Below, piece after piece: positions 16,485 to 18,723 of a DNA stretch of 18,723 nt. Location: NCBI GenBank assembly GCA_043754515.1, contig JAYUUO010000016.1, positions 1 to 18,723 on the forward strand, in the 5' to 3' direction. Source of the DNA: Armatimonadota bacterium (GTDB lineage: Bacteria > Armatimonadota > Armatimonadia > Armatimonadales > Armatimonadaceae). The translations under genes were made by a program, and so were the position numbers. Every line of letters begins with the position of its first letter. Positions within the stretch are counted from its first letter, which is position 1. Under the pieces are notes generated by a model. That model saw only the letters and a list, made by a program, of their open reading frames with translations. It was not told the origin of the DNA and searched no databases.

Positions 16485-16853
16485 GTGTTCTCCCTTGCCC
16501 GCCCCCGGCGGAGTTATAAGGAGCCGCGCCCGAGCGGTTCTCCGCGCCGGGACGATCCTATCGCCGCGCGCTACGAGGCGCATACCCTTGCCCTCATGGG
16601 GCAGACCGAGGAGGCTGTCACGGCGTTGGATCGAACGATGACGGGCGGCATCGCCACATTCCGCTGCTTGATATTGCTGGCACAGATCGCGTGGGCGGAC
16701 GGCGAACCAGACGTAGCACTTGGCTATCTGCGCGACGCCAGGACACTCGCAGGACAAAATGCCGAACACGCGCATTTGCAAGGCGTGCCGGACGACCTTC
16801 GCGCCGAACTCATCGGGGAGTGCGCCGAGGTGCCGGGATTCGCGCCACACTAA
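16485..16853 (+). pseudogene. TPR-like C-terminal remnant, likely of a deleted XRE/TPR regulator
   Basis: EAHTLALMGQTEEAVTALD...LAQIAWADGEPDVALGYLRDARTL is TPR-like and parallels the last repeats of the 9834-11075 protein; no well-spaced RBS/ATG and no HTH domain. Confidence 0.5.
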
Positions 16854-16887
16854 ACCGGGGACAAGACACGGCACCCCATAATTCGCG

Positions 16888-18114
16888 CTACTCGTAGCGC
16901 AACGCGTTAATCGGGTCCAGTTTCGCGGCGCGGAACGCCGGGTAGATGCCGAAGAACATCCCGACCCCGACCGCGAACCCGAACCCCAGTAGTGCCGCCC
17001 ACGGCGGCACGAACGTTGGCAGGTTCTCGCCCGCCACCGCCCCCACCAGTTTCGACACGCCGTACCCGAACGCAACCCCTATCAGCCCGCCGACCCCGGA
17101 TACCGTCATGCTCTCGGTCACGAACTGGAGCAGGATGTCGCCGCGCTTCGCTCCGACCGCTTTGCGGATGCCGATCTCTCGCGTCCGCTCCGTCACCGAC
17201 ACCAGCATGATGTTCATGATCCCGATGCCGCCGACCAGAAGCGACAAGCCGCCCACGCCGCCAAGGATCAGTTGAAAGATCATCAGAACGCCGTCCAGCC
17301 GCTGTAGCAACCCTTCCTGCGTGTCCACCACGAAATCTTGCGCGTTCTGCGGGTGGCGCGATTTTAGCACCGCGAACACCTCGTCGGCGGCGATTTCCGA
17401 ACTCACGCCGTCCGCCGCGCGCGCCGTCAAGCCGTTGATCTCCTCGGTGCCCGTCATCCGCTTCTGGTACGACGCGAGCGGGATGTAGATCTTTTCGTCC
17501 TCGGACGGCTGACCGAACGAGCCTTTGCCTTTGTACTGGAGAAGACCCACCACGGTGTAGGGCACCCGGTCGCCGTTCAAATTGACCACGATCTGCTTGC
17601 CAACGGGATCAACGTCCTTGCCGAACAACTCGCCGCGGATCTTGTCGCCGATCACGCAAATCTTCGACCAGTCCGCGCTGTCGGTCTCCTCAACGAAACG
17701 ACCTTCAGCGATTTTGATCGCGTTAACATCGGGATACCGGTCCGTAACCCCGACCATCGTGCCGCTATAATTCTTCTTGCCATTCTCGAACTTCGCCGGC
17801 ATGTCCGCGTTCGGCACGATCACTCGGATGCTCCCCAAACGCCGCTCGATGGCGCGTATGTCTTCCAAACGGAGTCCCGCGAATGATCCGCGCCGACCGT
17901 TGGAGTCACGCTTGGGGGCGTAGAAGGCGAAGAGCAGGTTAGCACCGTCACTCTGGAAGTCTTTCACGACCTTCTGCCGCGCCCCCTGCACGATAGAGAT
18001 CATGATAATAACCGAGGCGACCCCGATGATCACGCCGAGCATCGTTAAAAAGGAGCGGAGTTTGTTGGCGTTCAAAGCCTCTAGCGCGAGGCGGACCGAG
18101 TCGAGGACATTCAT
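16888..18114 (-). CDS. ABC transporter permease, MacB/FtsX family
   Basis: NKLRSFLTMLGVIIGVASVI, GRF, VIG and LLVGGIGIMNIMLVSVTERTREIGIRKAVGA motifs, ending GIYPAFRAAKLDPINALRYE; AAAGGGA RBS. Confidence 0.96.
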   Translation of the reverse strand: MNVLDSVRLALEALNANKLRSFLTMLGVIIGVASVIIMISIVQGARQKVVKDFQSDGANLLFAFYAPKRDSNGRRGSFAGLRLEDIRAIERRLGSIRVIVPNADMPAKFENGKKNYSGTMVGVTDRYPDVNAIKIAEGRFVEETDSADWSKICVIGDKIRGELFGKDVDPVGKQIVVNLNGDRVPYTVVGLLQYKGKGSFGQPSEDEKIYIPLASYQKRMTGTEEINGLTARAADGVSSEIAADEVFAVLKSRHPQNAQDFVVDTQEGLLQRLDGVLMIFQLILGGVGGLSLLVGGIGIMNIMLVSVTERTREIGIRKAVGAKRGDILLQFVTESMTVSGVGGLIGVAFGYGVSKLVGAVAGENLPTFVPPWAALLGFGFAVGVGMFFGIYPAFRAAKLDPINALRYE

Positions 18115-18160
18115 GTATCCCTTTAGACACCGAAACCGCCCCGGCGGTTACGCCCCGACG

Positions 18161-18189
18161 TTGATTTTTTCGGCGCGCGGTGCTATACT
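18161..18189 (+). promoter_or_regulatory. Sigma70-type promoter (TTGATT-N17-TATACT, extended TG) for the TPR gene
   Basis: TTGATT 18161-18166, 17-nt spacer ending TGC, TATACT 18184-18189. Confidence 0.65.
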
Positions 18190-18226
18190 TCCGCATGTTC
18201 CGAAAAGAAGGGGTGGCGGGAGCCGG

Positions 18227-18574
18227 ATGGAAGTAGCCGCACAATTCGAAAAGGCAGTCAAACACAAACTCGTCGGGGAGTATGACGAGGCGTTAGCGTC
18301 CCTGCGCCCACTCCTACAAGAGCACCCGAACAACGCCGAGATATATCACGAACTCGGCCTGATTCACTCGTTCAAAGTGGACATGGACGAAAGCATCTAC
18401 TATCTGGAGATGGCGGTGCGTCTCGCACCCCGTAGCGTCGCGTACATGCTGGACGCCGGAAAGACGCACGCGATGTTCGGCAACGACGACAAAGCGAAGG
18501 CGATCTTCGAGTACATTCTGCAACTCGACCCCGCGAACGAAGAGGCGAAAAAGAATCTCGCCTTCTACCACTAG
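18227..18574 (+). CDS. Tetratricopeptide repeat protein (115 aa)
   Basis: GEYDEAL...HPNNAEIYHELG, LAPRSVAYMLDAG and LQLDPANEEAKKNL repeats; GGGAG RBS before ATG 18227. Confidence 0.85.
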   Translation: MEVAAQFEKAVKHKLVGEYDEALASLRPLLQEHPNNAEIYHELGLIHSFKVDMDESIYYLEMAVRLAPRSVAYMLDAGKTHAMFGNDDKAKAIFEYILQLDPANEEAKKNLAFYH

Positions 18575-18587
18575 AAGCACCGGCATC

Positions 18588-18723
18588 GTGCCACGCCCGC
18601 GCCTTCTCGTTCTGATCGCCCTGTTGCTCCTGCCTCTGCTGGTTTTTCACCGCCCCCTACTCGGCGGCGAAGCGTTCGTGCCCGCCGACCTGCTCTCCTA
18701 CCTATCGCCCTGGAAGGCTGCCC
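18588..18723 (+). CDS. 5' part of a membrane protein, probably YfhO-like (runs off the window)
   Basis: GTG 18588 gives MPRPRLLVLIALLLLPLLVFHRPLLGGEAFVPADLLSYLSPWKAA: a TM helix followed by G...P-x-D-L...PW, typical of YfhO-type N-termini. Confidence 0.6.
   Translation, partial: MPRPRLLVLIALLLLPLLVFHRPLLGGEAFVPADLLSYLSPWKAA

Noticed and set aside
18002..18226. Upstream extension of the TPR ORF
   Set aside because: Antisense to the permease 5' end and spans a clear promoter; start placed at 18227.
466..18650. The many remaining overlapping ORFs in the six-frame track
   Set aside because: Shadow or antisense frames of well-supported genes, rich in Arg/Pro/Ala as expected in high-GC DNA.

Overview
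GC-rich bacterial window; the VPEAGTLALLLP...ARRRK PEP-CTERM style suggests Armatimonadota (inference). The left arm (1-8560) is intact housekeeping-like DNA: amtB with a long structured leader and terminator, a small hypothetical gene, M42 peptidase, lnt, a membrane-anchored NlpC/P60 protein, a minimal McsA-like zinc protein and a secreted M28 peptidase. The right end (16888-18723) holds a MacB-type ABC permease, a TPR protein and the start of a YfhO-like membrane protein. Between them (~8650-16860) is a decaying accessory region with several broken toxin-antitoxin-like genes (HEPN, HNH and three antitoxin-like remnants), secreted/PEP-CTERM genes and a tandem-XRE-HTH/TPR-like regulator. The strongest novel signal is an identical 16-bp pseudo-palindrome, AAAAGCGTAACACTTT, found three times (9735, 11271 inverted, 16461). 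Each copy lies 32-34 nt upstream of a -10-like hexamer, and two copies sit between a secreted-protein gene and a divergent XRE/TPR-type gene or remnant. This suggests a repeated regulator-operator-secreted protein module.
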